A stretch of 64,000 nt of DNA from an uncultured Planctomycetota bacterium (GTDB lineage: Bacteria > Planctomycetota > Planctomycetia > Isosphaerales > Isosphaeraceae): assembly GCA_963737655.1 (NCBI GenBank), contig CAVTTN010000002.1, positions 4,192,001 to 4,256,000 of the forward strand. The letters are read 5' to 3'. Each line of letters opens with the position of its first letter. Within the stretch, counting starts at the first letter, position 1. Positions 17,825 through 28,633 of this stretch are shown here, piece by piece. The notes beneath the pieces are model-generated. The model saw only the letters and a program-made list of their open reading frames with translations, was not told where the DNA came from and did no database searches. Position numbers and translations under genes: made by a program.

Positions 17825-20348
17825 ATGGTCGAGCCTTCGGCGTCGCGATTCTGGCACGCGGCCCTTCGCAGCGGATTGCTCGACGAGTCGGCCCTCCAGG
17901 CCGCCTGGGACGAGATCCCTCCGGAGAAGAGGACGCACGACGCCGTGGATCGCCGCCTGGCCCGGCAGGTGGTCAACTCGGGCAAGCTCACGCTCTGGCA
18001 GGCCCAGCAGATGCTCGCGGGGCGCTGGCAAGGGCTGAGGATTGACAAGTACGTCCTCCAGGACGTCATCGGCCACGGCGGGATGGGCCGGGTCTATCTC
18101 GCGAAGGACTCCCGGCTCGGCCGCAAGGTGGCCCTGAAGATCCTCTCCCGCGAGAGGATGAACAACCCCCGGGCCCTGGCCCGGTTCCGTCGCGAGGCGA
18201 AGGTCGGCGCCCAGCTCCAGCACGAGAACCTCGTGAGGATCTACGACGAGGGCGAGGCCCACGGCGTCCGGTTCCTCGTGATGGAGTTCATCGAGGGCAA
18301 GACCATCGGCCACCTGATCGCCGACGGAGGGCCGATGCCCCCGGCCATCGCCGCCGACATCGCCCGCCAGGTCGCCCTCGGCCTGGAGCACCTCCACCAG
18401 AAGGGCCTGGTCCATCGCGACGTCAACCCGATGAACATCCTGATCGGCCGCGACGGGATCGCCAAGCTCACCGACCTCGGCCTGGCCATCGACCTGGGCG
18501 ACCTCGACGACATCGTGACCCGCGACGGCGCGACCGTCGGCACGTTCGATTACATCTCGCCCGAACAGGCCCGGCACTCGCGATCGGCCGACATGAGGAG
18601 CGACATTTACTCGCTCGGCTGCACGCTCTATCACATGCTGGCCGGCCGGGTCCCGTTCCCCATGCCCAGCCTGCCGGAAAAGCTCTACGCCCACCAGGTG
18701 GCCGAGCCCGAGGGCCTGGAGCACGTCGTGCCCGACCTGCCCGAAGGGCTCGGCGACGTCGTCCGCAGGATGATGAAGAAGAACGCGGCCGAACGGTTCG
18801 TCCAGCCGATCGAGGCGGCTCGGGCCCTGGAACCGTTCGCCCGGGGCCATGCCCCGGTGGCGGGCGTGGGGGCGTGGTCGGCCTCGCCGTCGAACACCAA
18901 CGGCTCGACCGTCTCCAGCACGTCGCAGGCCGGCCTGACTCCCCCGGGGTCCGACCCCGAGCTCGACCCGTCCCGGGGGGTCGCGGCGAGCCCCTCCGGC
19001 CCTCTCCGCCGGGTCCGACCCGATGGAATTCATCCCGAAGCTCGATTTCGGCCCGCCCGAGCCGCTGTCGCTCTCGACCACGAGGAAGCCGGCCCGGGCC
19101 CCGAAGCCGGCCCAGGCCAGACCGCCCCGATCCCTGCCGATCGTGCCGATCCTGATCGGCTCGGGCGTGGTGATCCTCGCGGCGATGGTCGCCCTGGCGG
19201 TCCCGGCGGTCCTCAGGGCGATGAAGGATCGCCCCTCGACCCCGAAGGCCGCGCCCCTCTCGGCCGAAACCCCGGAAACGCCCCGGCCGCCGCCCGCGTC
19301 GCCCGGGTCGGCCCCGGCCGAATTCGCGATCCGCGAGGCCGACGGCGAGGAGAGGCCCGAGGCTTCGCTCCGAGACGCCATCCGCCACGCCTCCGGCCGG
19401 GACAAGGCCGAGATCGTCGTGAGGTCGAAGGCCCTGACCCGCCCCGGAGAGGTCGGCAAGGCCCTGAGGGTCCCCAGGGGCTTGCTGGTGATCCGGGCCG
19501 ACGGCGACGCCCACCCCGAGCTCCTGATCGAGCTCTCGAAGAAGGCCCCGTGGATCGAGGTCGGCCCCCAGGCCCGCCTGAGCTTGATCGGCTTCAAGAT
19601 CCGCCAGGAAGTGCCGATCGCCGATTCCTCCAACGCCCCCCCGCCGGCCCTGATCGCCTCGCTCGGCAACGTTTCGCTCGAAAAATGCGAGTTCTCCACC
19701 ACCGGAAGCGACCGATCGAGCCGGGTCCTCGCCTCCGAGGGGCTGGACACCCGGATCACCGATTGCTTCTTCGAGGGATTCGATCGCCCGCTGGCCCTCC
19801 AGTTCTACCCCGGGGCCGACGTCCGCCTGACCAACTCGATCTTCGTCCGCGACATCACGGGAGACCCCCTGGCCGGCTGGGCGATCGGCGCCACGGGCAA
19901 GACGGCGATCAACGGGACGAAGCCGAGGAAGCTCAGCCTGGATCGCTGCACGGTCCTCGGCGCCGGCCTGCTGGCGGCGGAGGGATTCTCGGCCGAGGCG
20001 CCTCTGGACGTCTCGTTGAAGCAGACGGCCGTGAGCGCGAAGTCGCTCCTCCTGACGGAGCTGCCCAGGCCGGCGCTGGCGAAGGCGATCCACTGGTCGG
20101 GCCAGGAGGACTGGTTCGCGATCTCCGAGGCGTCCTGGGCGATGGTCGCCCCGAAGGCGTTCGACGCCCTGGCCGGGGGCCTGACCGACCTGAAGGCCTG
20201 GACGGCCGCCGTCGGCCCGGAGGCCGGAAGCCGCGAGGAAGTCCTCCCGTTCGCGGCCGGCTCGCCCAAGGAAGGCAGCCCTCCGAGGGACTTCGCCATC
20301 ACCGTCGAGAACGGCCAGCCCCCCGCCGGGGCGAAGCTCGGTCCCTGA
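17825..20348 (+). CDS. Ser/Thr protein kinase with a TM and a C-terminal beta-helix-like domain; frameshift near 18975
   Basis: IGHGGMGRVY, HRDVNPMN, DLGLA, GTFDYISPEQ; C-terminal half in the ORF 19023-20348 with one TM. Confidence 0.88.
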
Positions 20349-20352
20349 GGAG

Positions 20353-20766
20353 CTACTCCTCGCCCGGGAGCAAATGCCGGCTCGAATGGTAGATCCGCTT
20401 GTGACGGGTTTGCGCCGCCGGGGTGGGTTCGGCCTTGCTCTTGAGGTCGGCGAGGTTGGCGGCGCAGAACGGGCAGGCCACCACGTCGATGTGGAACTTG
20501 ATGTATTCGGCGTGGTCGGGGTCCAGGGCGTCGAGCAGGTAGCTTCCCAGGGTCTGCCGGGACGCGCACGTCAACCTCGATCGGTTCCAGATCGCCCCGA
20601 GCGAGTGGAGGCCGGCGTCTCCCCGGTCGAGCCGGACCTCTTCGAGCTGGTGGCGGAGGTCGGCCGAGTCGCGGAGCGCCTTCTCCACCCGGGCCATCTC
20701 CTCGGGCGCGAGGCTCTCGGCGAGGTAGGCTTTCAGGATCTCGACGTCAATCGCACCGTTCCCCAT
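20353..20766 (-). CDS. Putative zinc-binding anti-sigma/ECF partner protein
   Basis: H-x5-CxxC (FHIDVVACPFC) plus an upstream Cys; directly downstream of the ECF gene. Confidence 0.7.
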   Translation of the reverse strand: MGNGAIDVEILKAYLAESLAPEEMARVEKALRDSADLRHQLEEVRLDRGDAGLHSLGAIWNRSRLTCASRQTLGSYLLDALDPDHAEYIKFHIDVVACPFCAANLADLKSKAEPTPAAQTRHKRIYHSSRHLLPGEE

Positions 20767-20805
20767 CGGCTTCGGACCCTCGCGGACGGACATTCGGATC
20801 AAGAC

Positions 20806-20827
20806 TGGTGCATTTCATGCACCCTAC
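20806..20827 (-). repeat. REP-like palindrome GTAGGGTGCATGAAATGCACCA
   Basis: Identical to the copy at 23530-23551; its GTAG contains the ECF stop codon. Confidence 0.85.
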
Positions 20828-21447
20828 AGCACGTTGTCGAAGCTCAGGCCCGCCCTCCGGGCCATCTCCTTCAGGCGGGCGACGGTCTGGAATTTGTAGC
20901 TGGCGACGGCCTGTTCGGTGATCCCCAGGTACTTCGCGACGTCCTTGTTCGCCCATCCCTTGACGATCAGGAGCTCCAGGCACCGGAGGCGGGCGAAATC
21001 GCCGCGATCGAGCCAGTCGCGGACGAGGTCGCCGAGGGATTCGGCCAGCATCCGCTCCTCGGCCACCCGGCGTTCGTCGCTCCGGGCGATGCTGGAGGCC
21101 GCTCGGATGTTGCCGGCGACCTCTTCGAGGGGGCGGCCGTGGTCGTCCGAACCGAACTGGTCGATCGGCCTCCGGCCCTGGCGGCGGAGGTGGTCCGTCA
21201 GCTTGTGGGCGGCGATCGAGAAGAGGTACGCCTCCAGGTCGCGGGCCTCGTCGTAGTGCGGGAGGCTCGTCAGGAAGCCGATGAACGTCTCCTGGACGGT
21301 GTCCTCGGCGGCGGCCCGGTCGTGGATGCGACTATCGACGAAGGCGAGGAGCCGCCCCTCATACCGCTCGATCAGCCCGTTCCACGCCCGGGCGTCGCCG
21401 TCGCGGACTTGGCGGATCAGGAGTTTCTCGGCGTCGGTCGTCGCCAT
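20824..21447 (-). CDS. ECF sigma-70 factor
   Basis: AEDTVQETFIGFL, YLFSIAAHKLTDHLRR, WANKDVAKYLGITEQAVASYK. Confidence 0.9.
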   Translation of the reverse strand: MATTDAEKLLIRQVRDGDARAWNGLIERYEGRLLAFVDSRIHDRAAAEDTVQETFIGFLTSLPHYDEARDLEAYLFSIAAHKLTDHLRRQGRRPIDQFGSDDHGRPLEEVAGNIRAASSIARSDERRVAEERMLAESLGDLVRDWLDRGDFARLRCLELLIVKGWANKDVAKYLGITEQAVASYKFQTVARLKEMARRAGLSFDNVL

Positions 21448-21701
21448 CGCGCGGGGTCTCGCACGCCTCTCCCGGCCGGGAACGACACCCGTCCGATCCG
21501 CCCATTCTAATCGCGACGGCGAGGCGATGGCTACGGGGCACCCGGATCGGCCCGGACCGGCCACCGGGCCAGGAGGGGCTGGGCCTTCGGGTCGCCGCCG
21601 TGATAGAATCGGCCCGTCCGCTCCATTTCCTCGGCCGGTCGTGCCCTCGGCCGGGTCTCCGCCATCGTCCTCGTCATCGGCCCCGAGGCCGGGGTGTCGC
21701 C

Positions 21702-23507
21702 ATGCTCTGCCCGGATCGCCCGTCGCGGCGGCGAGGCCTGGCCTTCGCCGCGTTGGTCCTCGTCGCGATCGCCGGATGCGACGCCAGGGTGTCTTCCTCC
21801 ACGTCCGGCTCGGCCCCTCCTCCCGCTCCTCCGCCACCGACGCCCCCGACCATCGAGGCCGCGGCCGCACCCGATGCCATCCGGTTCGAGGACGTGGCGA
21901 GGCCCTGGGGAATCGACTTCGTCCACGTCTCCGGGATGACGCCCGAGAAGCTCAACCCCTCCGCCAACGGCTCCGGCGTCGCCATCTTCGACTACGACGG
22001 CGACGGCAAGATGGACCTCTACCTCGCGTCCACGACCACCCTGCCCGTCGGCAAGGAACCCCGAGGCCGGAACCGCCTGTACCGCAACCTCGGCGGAGGC
22101 AAGTTCCAGGACGTGACCGAGACGGCGGGCGTCGGCTTCCGGGGCGAGTGTCACGGAGTGATCGCCGGGGACCTCGACAACGACGGCGACCCCGACTTGA
22201 TCCTCTGCAACTACGGCCCCAACGTCCTGTACCTCAACAACGGCGACGGCACGTTCCGCGACGCCACCAGGGACGCCGGGCTCGGCCGCCCCAACGCCGT
22301 CGATTCGAAGAGCCCGAACTGGTCGTCCGGCGGCGCCCTGATCGACTACGACAATGACGGCGATCTCGACGTCTACATCGCCAACTATGCCGATTGGAAC
22401 TACGAACGCGACCGGGACAAGTATTGCGGTCATCCCGACAAGCAGGTGAGGTTCTATTGCGGGCCCAAGGACCTCGAGCAGACCCGCCACGACCTCTACC
22501 GCAACGACGGCCCGAAGGACGGCGTCCCGCGCTTCTCCGACGTGACCGAGGCCGCCGGCCTCGCCCGCAAGGACGGCCACGGCTTCGCCGCCGTCGCCGC
22601 CGACCTCAACGGCGACGGCAAGATCGACCTGAACGTCGCCAACGACCAGTGCCCGGCGTTCCTCTTCCTGAACAACGGCGACGGCACGTTCCGCGACGCC
22701 ACCGAGAGCTCGGGGGCCGCCTTCGACGACAAGGGCCAGGCCCTCTCCGGGATGGGCGTCGACGCCGAGGACCTCGACGGCGACGGCCTCCCCGAGCTGT
22801 TCCGCTCCCATTTCTCCAAGGAATACAACACCATCCACCAGAACCTGGGCGACGGCCAGTTCGCCGACTGGACCCCGGGCTGGGGGATGAACATGGACAG
22901 CATGCCCTACGTCGGCTGGGGCTGCGTCCTCACGGACTTCGACAACGACGGCTGGCCCGACGCCTTCGTCGCCAACGGCCACACCGACGACAATTACCAC
23001 CTGATCGGCCGCGCCGACGAGCCGTTCGCCCAGCCCCCCCTGCTCCATCGCAACGTCGCGTCCCGGAAGGGCCGAAAATTCGCGATGGTCAACGCCTCCG
23101 CCGGACCGTTCTTCACCTCGGACCACGTGGCGAGGGGCGTGGCGCAGGGCGACCTCGACGACGACGGCCGGATCGACCTGGTGGTCAGCGTGATGGATCG
23201 GCCGGCGGCGGTCCTCCGCAACACCACGGACTCCGGCAACCGCTGGATTCGCCTGGACCTCCGGGGCACGAAGTCCAATCGCGACGCCCTCGGAGCCAGG
23301 GTGGAAGTGATCGCCGACGGCCGGACGATCCATCGGCAGAAGAAGGGCGGCGTGAGCCTCGGCTCCTCGCACGACCCGAGGCTCCTCATCGGCATCGGCA
23401 AGGCCGAGAAGGTCTCGCAAGTCACGATCCGATGGCCCTCCGGAGGCCCGCCCACCGTCCTCCGAGACCTGGCGACGGGGCAGACTCACACGGTGGTCGA
23501 ACCGTAG
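21702..23507 (+). CDS. CRTAC1-family lipoprotein (FG-GAP/VCBS repeats + ASPIC/UnbV domain)
   Basis: Lipobox IAGC, repeated DxDxDGxxD motifs, SNRDALGARV...IGIG...IRWPSG. Confidence 0.9.
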   Translation: MLCPDRPSRRRGLAFAALVLVAIAGCDARVSSSTSGSAPPPAPPPPTPPTIEAAAAPDAIRFEDVARPWGIDFVHVSGMTPEKLNPSANGSGVAIFDYDGDGKMDLYLASTTTLPVGKEPRGRNRLYRNLGGGKFQDVTETAGVGFRGECHGVIAGDLDNDGDPDLILCNYGPNVLYLNNGDGTFRDATRDAGLGRPNAVDSKSPNWSSGGALIDYDNDGDLDVYIANYADWNYERDRDKYCGHPDKQVRFYCGPKDLEQTRHDLYRNDGPKDGVPRFSDVTEAAGLARKDGHGFAAVAADLNGDGKIDLNVANDQCPAFLFLNNGDGTFRDATESSGAAFDDKGQALSGMGVDAEDLDGDGLPELFRSHFSKEYNTIHQNLGDGQFADWTPGWGMNMDSMPYVGWGCVLTDFDNDGWPDAFVANGHTDDNYHLIGRADEPFAQPPLLHRNVASRKGRKFAMVNASAGPFFTSDHVARGVAQGDLDDDGRIDLVVSVMDRPAAVLRNTTDSGNRWIRLDLRGTKSNRDALGARVEVIADGRTIHRQKKGGVSLGSSHDPRLLIGIGKAEKVSQVTIRWPSGGPPTVLRDLATGQTHTVVEP

Positions 23508-23667
23508 GGTGCATGCAATGCACCGTCATGTAGGGTGCATGAAATGCACCAACCCCGCGGCGGCCAAAAGGCCGCCCACCATTTTCCACCCTCCCATTCC
23601 GCGAGATCCCCGAGGAAGGGCGAGCGGCCGAGGTCCCCGGTGTCTTGGTGCATCCCTTGCACCCGAC
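23504..23667. repeat. Cluster of three GTAG-type REP-like palindromes (two tandem, one inverted and degenerate)
   Basis: GTAGGGTGCATGCAATGCACC (23504-23524), GTAGGGTGCATGAAATGCACCA (23530-23551), inverted GTCGGGTGCAAGGGATGCACCA (23646-23667). Confidence 0.85.
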
Positions 23668-23687
23668 CGAACCATGCGAACCCCATC

Positions 23688-25490
23688 TCATGAGAAGATG
23701 AGGAACTCGTGGGGTCGCATCCGAGACGACGGCGCCTCCCCCTCGGCCCCGAATTCGGCGACCTCCGAACGAAACGCCGGCGTCTCACCCGCGAGCTCGG
23801 TCGGCCACGGCCGATCCTCGCCCGAGAGGTTGAAGACGATCCGCAACTCGGCGACTCCGTCCTTCCCGCCTCGGACGACCTCCAGCACGTCCCCGTGGTG
23901 AATCCGGGTCCGGGCGTGCGAGAAGTCGCGGAGCGTCGGCCATTCCCGCCTCATCCTCAACAATTCGGAGTGCAGCCGGCGAATCCCCGCCCGGACCGGG
24001 TCCGACCAGTCCCAGCTCAGGATCGCGAGGTCCCTGGTCGAGCTCGCCACCGGGTCGGGCGGCTCGGCGTCCCAGCCGAAATGGGCGAACTCGCGTTTCC
24101 GGCCCTCGCGGACGGCCTGGATGAGTTCCGGGCTCTCGAAGTCGCAGAAGAACGGGAACGGCGACGTTTCGCCATATTCTTGGCCCATGAACAGGAGCGG
24201 CAGGCGAGGGGCCAGCAGCAAGATCCCCGCCGCCAGCCTCGCCAGCGAGGGCCGCTCGCTCGTCGCCACGCGGTCGGACTTCAAACGGTTGCCGACCTGA
24301 TCGTGATTTTGCGTGAAGGCAAGAAAACGGTCCCCCGAGAACTCGACGGCCGGAGTCCCATGCCTCCGCCCCCGGAATTTGCTGTAATTGCCGTCGTTGA
24401 CGAACACCCGCTCCAGGGCCTTCGCCAGCGCGGGCGCCCCGGAGGCGAAATCGGCGTAGTACCCATCGACCTCGCCGGTCAGGACCACGTGGGCGGCATG
24501 ATGGAAATCGTCGTTCCAGTGGCCATCGAGGCCGTATCCTCCGCGATCGAGGGGATGGAGGAACCGCGGGGCGTCGTTCAGGTCCGTCTCGGCGAAGACG
24601 TGGACCGGGAACCCCCGGTTTTCGGCCTCGCGATGGGCGACCTCGGCCACTTCCGACAGGATATGCCGGGGACTGCGATCGTAGATTTGATCGGCGGCGT
24701 CGAGCCTCAGCCCATCGACGTGAAAATCCCGGACCCACATCCTCGCGTTGTCCAAGACCATCCGGCGGACCGGGTCGCACCCCCGGCCGTCGAAGTTGAT
24801 CGCCGGGCCCCAGTCGCTCTGGGTTTTTTCGCTCAGGTAGTCGCCGAACCGGGGGAAGACGTTGCCGTCGGGGCCGAAGTGGTTGTAGATGACATCCAGG
24901 AAGACCGCCAGCCCGCGTCGATGGCACTCGCCGATCAACCGACGGAGCGCCTCGGGGCCTCCATAGGTCTGTTGAACGGCGAACGGGAACACGCCGTCAT
25001 AACCCCAGCTCCGCGACCCCGGGAACTGGCCAACCGGCATCAGCTCGACGGCCGTGATCCCCAGGTCGCGAAGGGCGTCGAGCCGGGGGACGATCGCATC
25101 GAAAGTCCCTTCGGGCGTGAACGTGCCGACGTGCAGCTCATAAACGATCAGGTCGGCCCTCGCCACGCCCTTCCAGTCGCGATCGCCCGACTGATCTATC
25201 TGGTCGGTGAAGAAAACGGCGGAGGGCCGATGAATCCCGTCGGGCTGGAACCGCGAGAGCGGATCGGGCCTCGGCTCCTCGCCGTCGAGCGCATAGGAAT
25301 AGCGCAGGCCGGGGCCGGAAAACGGCGCCTCGGCCGCGAAGAAGCCCCGGGGGAGCGATTCCATCGCGATCCGGCGATCGTCGAGGACCAGTTCGACGGC
25401 CTTCGCCTTCGGGGCCCAGACGCACCACCGGGCCGACTCCGGGCCGGTCGGGATCACGCCCTCGGGGGGCAATTCGGGGTCATCGATCAC
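23688..25490 (-). CDS. treZ: Malto-oligosyltrehalose trehalohydrolase (GH13)
   Basis: YELHVGTFTPEGTF, WGYDGV, DVIYNHFGPDGN, DGLRLDA, WNDDFHH, QNHDQVGNR, LFMGQEYG, VREGRKREF. Confidence 0.92.
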   Translation of the reverse strand: MIDDPELPPEGVIPTGPESARWCVWAPKAKAVELVLDDRRIAMESLPRGFFAAEAPFSGPGLRYSYALDGEEPRPDPLSRFQPDGIHRPSAVFFTDQIDQSGDRDWKGVARADLIVYELHVGTFTPEGTFDAIVPRLDALRDLGITAVELMPVGQFPGSRSWGYDGVFPFAVQQTYGGPEALRRLIGECHRRGLAVFLDVIYNHFGPDGNVFPRFGDYLSEKTQSDWGPAINFDGRGCDPVRRMVLDNARMWVRDFHVDGLRLDAADQIYDRSPRHILSEVAEVAHREAENRGFPVHVFAETDLNDAPRFLHPLDRGGYGLDGHWNDDFHHAAHVVLTGEVDGYYADFASGAPALAKALERVFVNDGNYSKFRGRRHGTPAVEFSGDRFLAFTQNHDQVGNRLKSDRVATSERPSLARLAAGILLLAPRLPLLFMGQEYGETSPFPFFCDFESPELIQAVREGRKREFAHFGWDAEPPDPVASSTRDLAILSWDWSDPVRAGIRRLHSELLRMRREWPTLRDFSHARTRIHHGDVLEVVRGGKDGVAELRIVFNLSGEDRPWPTELAGETPAFRSEVAEFGAEGEAPSSRMRPHEFLIFS

Positions 25491-25555
25491 GGGGGGCGGG
25501 CCTCGTCGCGAAACGTGGGATCAACGCCCCAAAATGCGAAGCAACCGGCGCGCCA

Positions 25556-26236
25556 TCAGGGAGGGAGGATGTCCGAGACGAGGATTCGCCCGACCTCGGT
25601 CCCATCGATCACGACCGGGACCGCCTCGCCGGCCCGGAACGTCCGGCACGACGCGAATCGAGGATCGGGGCCGGGCCCGGTCGGGTCGGAATAGACCTCG
25701 ATCACGTCCGAGACGAGGTTCGCGATCCAGGCCAGCGCGACGTTCGCCCAGGCCAACCGCGGGAGTCCGAGCCGATCGTCGCGAAGGGTCGAATCGGCGA
25801 CTTCCACCACGAAGAGGACGTCGGCGGGCGTGGGCCTCCGATGGAGATAGTCGCGGATCGAGCCCCGGATGATCGCCAGGTCAGGCTCCGGCTCGCTGGC
25901 GAAGCCCGAGGGGCCGTCGGGCAGGAGGATCGGGTCTTCCTTCCTCACCCAGAAACCCGGCGGAAGCACCTTCGTAAGAGCCTCCAGGGCAAGGTAGGTC
26001 GCCGCGACGTGACGTTCGCCCTTGGTCAGCTTTCGAACGAGCATCCCGTCGAGGAGGACGATCGGTGCCCCTTCCTGGAGAATGCCCGATCGCGTCATTC
26101 GATCGACCTGGTCCGGCGAGAACCGATAGAACCGCTCCTCGATCGGGGCCGGAGGATCGACCCGCGAGGCCGGAGTGGCCGCGATCGGCCCATCCTCGGA
26201 CGGATCGATCGCGACGGGCCTCGCGACGGTCGCCAT
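25556..26236 (-). CDS. Uma2 family PD-(D/E)xK endonuclease-like protein
   Basis: SEPEPDLAII, FVVEVADST, WIANL. Confidence 0.88.
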   Translation of the reverse strand: MATVARPVAIDPSEDGPIAATPASRVDPPAPIEERFYRFSPDQVDRMTRSGILQEGAPIVLLDGMLVRKLTKGERHVAATYLALEALTKVLPPGFWVRKEDPILLPDGPSGFASEPEPDLAIIRGSIRDYLHRRPTPADVLFVVEVADSTLRDDRLGLPRLAWANVALAWIANLVSDVIEVYSDPTGPGPDPRFASCRTFRAGEAVPVVIDGTEVGRILVSDILPP

Positions 26237-26254
26237 TCCGCTCGCCCCCGACGA

Positions 26255-27937
26255 TCAGACCGTGAACAGATCCTGGGTCGAAGGGTCTTCGACCAGCGAC
26301 AGCAGCAAAGACCGGCTCTTGTCGCGGGTCTCGCCGATCGCGGTCACGTAGACGGCCGGGTCGTCCTTCACGGGGCATTCGTGCTCGCAGATCCCGCAGC
26401 CGATGCACTTCTCGGGGTCGATCTCGGGGCGCTTGAGCTCCTTGGTCTGGCCCCAGCGGTCGGTGATCGTCACGTTCCGGGTGAAGATGGCCTTGGGGCT
26501 GACCGGGCAGACCTCCTCGCAGACGACGCAGTGGGTGTCCATCGCCCAGGGGAGGCAGCGGCCCCGGTTGTAGAAGGCCGTCCCGGTCTTGATCGGGCCC
26601 TTGGATTCGAACGGGCCGACGCCGAGCTTTTCGGTGATCGAGATCTCGCGGATCGCCCCGGTGGGGCAGACCTGGCTGCAGAGCGTGCAATTCAGCTCGC
26701 ACCAGCCCATCTTCGAGATCATGATCGGCGTCCAGAGCCCCTCGACGCCCGCCTCGAACATCGCCGGCTGGAGGACGTTGGTCGGGCACACGCGGATGCA
26801 CTGGTCGCACTTGATGCAGCGGCGGAGGAACTCGTCCTCGGCCACCGAGCCCGGGGGGCGGATCACGGCCTTGTTGAAGTTCTTGCGGACCCCGCCGGAG
26901 AGCCGGGCCATCGGGAAGAACAGGACGCCGAAGAGGCCCGCCAGCATCAGTTGCCGCCGGCCGATCGCCGGGGCGGTCACTTCGCTCGCCTTCCTCGGCA
27001 GGAAGCGGAACGCCAGGGCGTCGTGGGGGCAATCCTCGATGCAATTCAGGCAGACGAAGCACTCGGACTTCCTCAGATCGGCCTGGGGGTCGCTCGCCCC
27101 CTCGCACGACTTCAGGCAGAGGTCGCAATCGGTGCAGCGGACCGGGTCGCGGTCGATCCTCCAGATCGCGAACCGGCTGAAGATCCCCAGCAACGCCCCG
27201 AGGGGACAGACCACCCGGCAGAAGAACCGGGGAATCCACCAGTTGGCCACGAGGAACCCGACGAAGATCACTCCGACGACCCAGCCCCACATGTCTTCCC
27301 GGGGTTCGGTGTACACGCCCTCGGTCGTCTTGTGGACCGTGGGCAGGACGCTGGTGGTCATCGAGCGGACGGTCAGGGCGATCGGGTCGAGCAGGCCGAT
27401 CTGGAGGGTGCTGTTGCTGCCCTTGCTCTCGGCCGCAGCCCGGGAAATGCCGGTCCCGACGGCGCCGACGGCCCGGGGGACGAAATTCGGAGTCTTCGAT
27501 TCGGAGTAGGCCCTGGCGATCTCTCCCGGCGACTTCCACGCCGTGGGGACGATCCAGAGGGCGGCCATCGCGAGCATGGCGGCGAGGATGTAATACTTGA
27601 TCGCGAAGATCCGGCGATACCGGTTCGACTCGATCATCTGCTTGGTGTTCCGGCGGTTGCCGATCCAGCCGAAGAAGTGGTGGAGGATGCCGAACGGGCA
27701 CATCCAGTTGCACCAGACCCGCCCGAGCATCATCGTGATGGCGATGATCACCAGGCCCCAGACGAGGTTGCGGTAGAGCGTGTGGGTCGTCAGCGCGGTG
27801 GAGACCGCCACCAGGGGGGTGGCCTCCAGGAAGAACGAGACCGGCCACCCCTTCAGGTAGCGGAGGTCGGTGATGATCAGGAAGAACAGGAAGAGGCCGA
27901 GGGCGAGGGCCTCATAGGCGCGGCGAATCTTGACCAT
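26255..27937 (-). CDS. Membrane polyferredoxin (NapH/MauN-like fused to NapG/MauM-like)
   Basis: WCNWMCPFG and FCRVVCPLG motifs, TM helices, IRPPG, several CxxCxxCxxxCP clusters. Confidence 0.9.
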   Translation of the reverse strand: MVKIRRAYEALALGLFLFFLIITDLRYLKGWPVSFFLEATPLVAVSTALTTHTLYRNLVWGLVIIAITMMLGRVWCNWMCPFGILHHFFGWIGNRRNTKQMIESNRYRRIFAIKYYILAAMLAMAALWIVPTAWKSPGEIARAYSESKTPNFVPRAVGAVGTGISRAAAESKGSNSTLQIGLLDPIALTVRSMTTSVLPTVHKTTEGVYTEPREDMWGWVVGVIFVGFLVANWWIPRFFCRVVCPLGALLGIFSRFAIWRIDRDPVRCTDCDLCLKSCEGASDPQADLRKSECFVCLNCIEDCPHDALAFRFLPRKASEVTAPAIGRRQLMLAGLFGVLFFPMARLSGGVRKNFNKAVIRPPGSVAEDEFLRRCIKCDQCIRVCPTNVLQPAMFEAGVEGLWTPIMISKMGWCELNCTLCSQVCPTGAIREISITEKLGVGPFESKGPIKTGTAFYNRGRCLPWAMDTHCVVCEEVCPVSPKAIFTRNVTITDRWGQTKELKRPEIDPEKCIGCGICEHECPVKDDPAVYVTAIGETRDKSRSLLLSLVEDPSTQDLFTV

Positions 27938-28609
27938 TTATGAAGTCCCTCCGGCGGGGGGCGGCGTCTCGGGTCGGGGGCGTTTGGGCGGGTCCCAGGC
28001 GTCGGCCCTGGAGAGCAAGCGGGCGAGCGGCAGTTCGAAACCGGGGAGGAGGTCGGTCCGGTAAGTCTCAGGCTCGGCGACGATCACGGTCGTCCCGCCG
28101 TCCGGCCCGTACCGATTCACCGCCATCATACGGCGGAATCGGTCGATGATCCAATACTCGCGGCCCCCGACCTCGCGATATTCCCGGGCCTTGACCTCGT
28201 AGTCGCGAAGATAGTCCCGCTTCCGGCCCGAGACGATCTCGATCACGATGGTGGGGATGTCCCGCTCCAGGTCGGGAGTCCGCCCCAAACCGACCCAGAT
28301 GGCCCGATCGGCTCTTCGGCGGTTGGGGGTCGTGGCGATCGTCTGTTCGAGCAGTGTCAGGTCGAGTGCTCGGCCTTCAGGGGAGGTATCTCCATAGAGC
28401 CGGAGTCGATATCCGAGCTCGTCGTTCGGGTTCCGCTCCCCACCGCCCGGAGGCGGCGTCACGATCAGGACTCCCTGGACCAATTCGTAGCGAAAATGCG
28501 GCACGAAGTCGGCGGAATCGAACTCCGACGGGCTCAGCAAGATCCCCGCCGAGCCCGGTCCCAGCCGCCTCGTCCGAGCTTTCGGAGCGATCGTCGCCAT
28601 TGGGGTCAT
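27938..28609 (-). CDS. Uma2 family endonuclease-like protein
   Basis: YELVQGVL, RRADRAIW, IVIEIVS, DYEVKAREY, EYWIIDR, LLPGFEL. Confidence 0.88.
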   Translation of the reverse strand: MTPMATIAPKARTRRLGPGSAGILLSPSEFDSADFVPHFRYELVQGVLIVTPPPGGGERNPNDELGYRLRLYGDTSPEGRALDLTLLEQTIATTPNRRRADRAIWVGLGRTPDLERDIPTIVIEIVSGRKRDYLRDYEVKAREYREVGGREYWIIDRFRRMMAVNRYGPDGGTTVIVAEPETYRTDLLPGFELPLARLLSRADAWDPPKRPRPETPPPAGGTS

Positions 28610-28633
28610 CCCGTGAGAGTCGGATCGGCCGTT

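Noticed and set aside
23504..23551. Tandem 21-22 bp repeats as a mini CRISPR array
   Set aside because: Only a 5-nt gap between copies, no spacers and no cas genes; fits REP-like palindromes
23688..25490. treZ without treY as unusual
   Set aside because: treY may simply lie elsewhere in the genome; cannot be judged from this window
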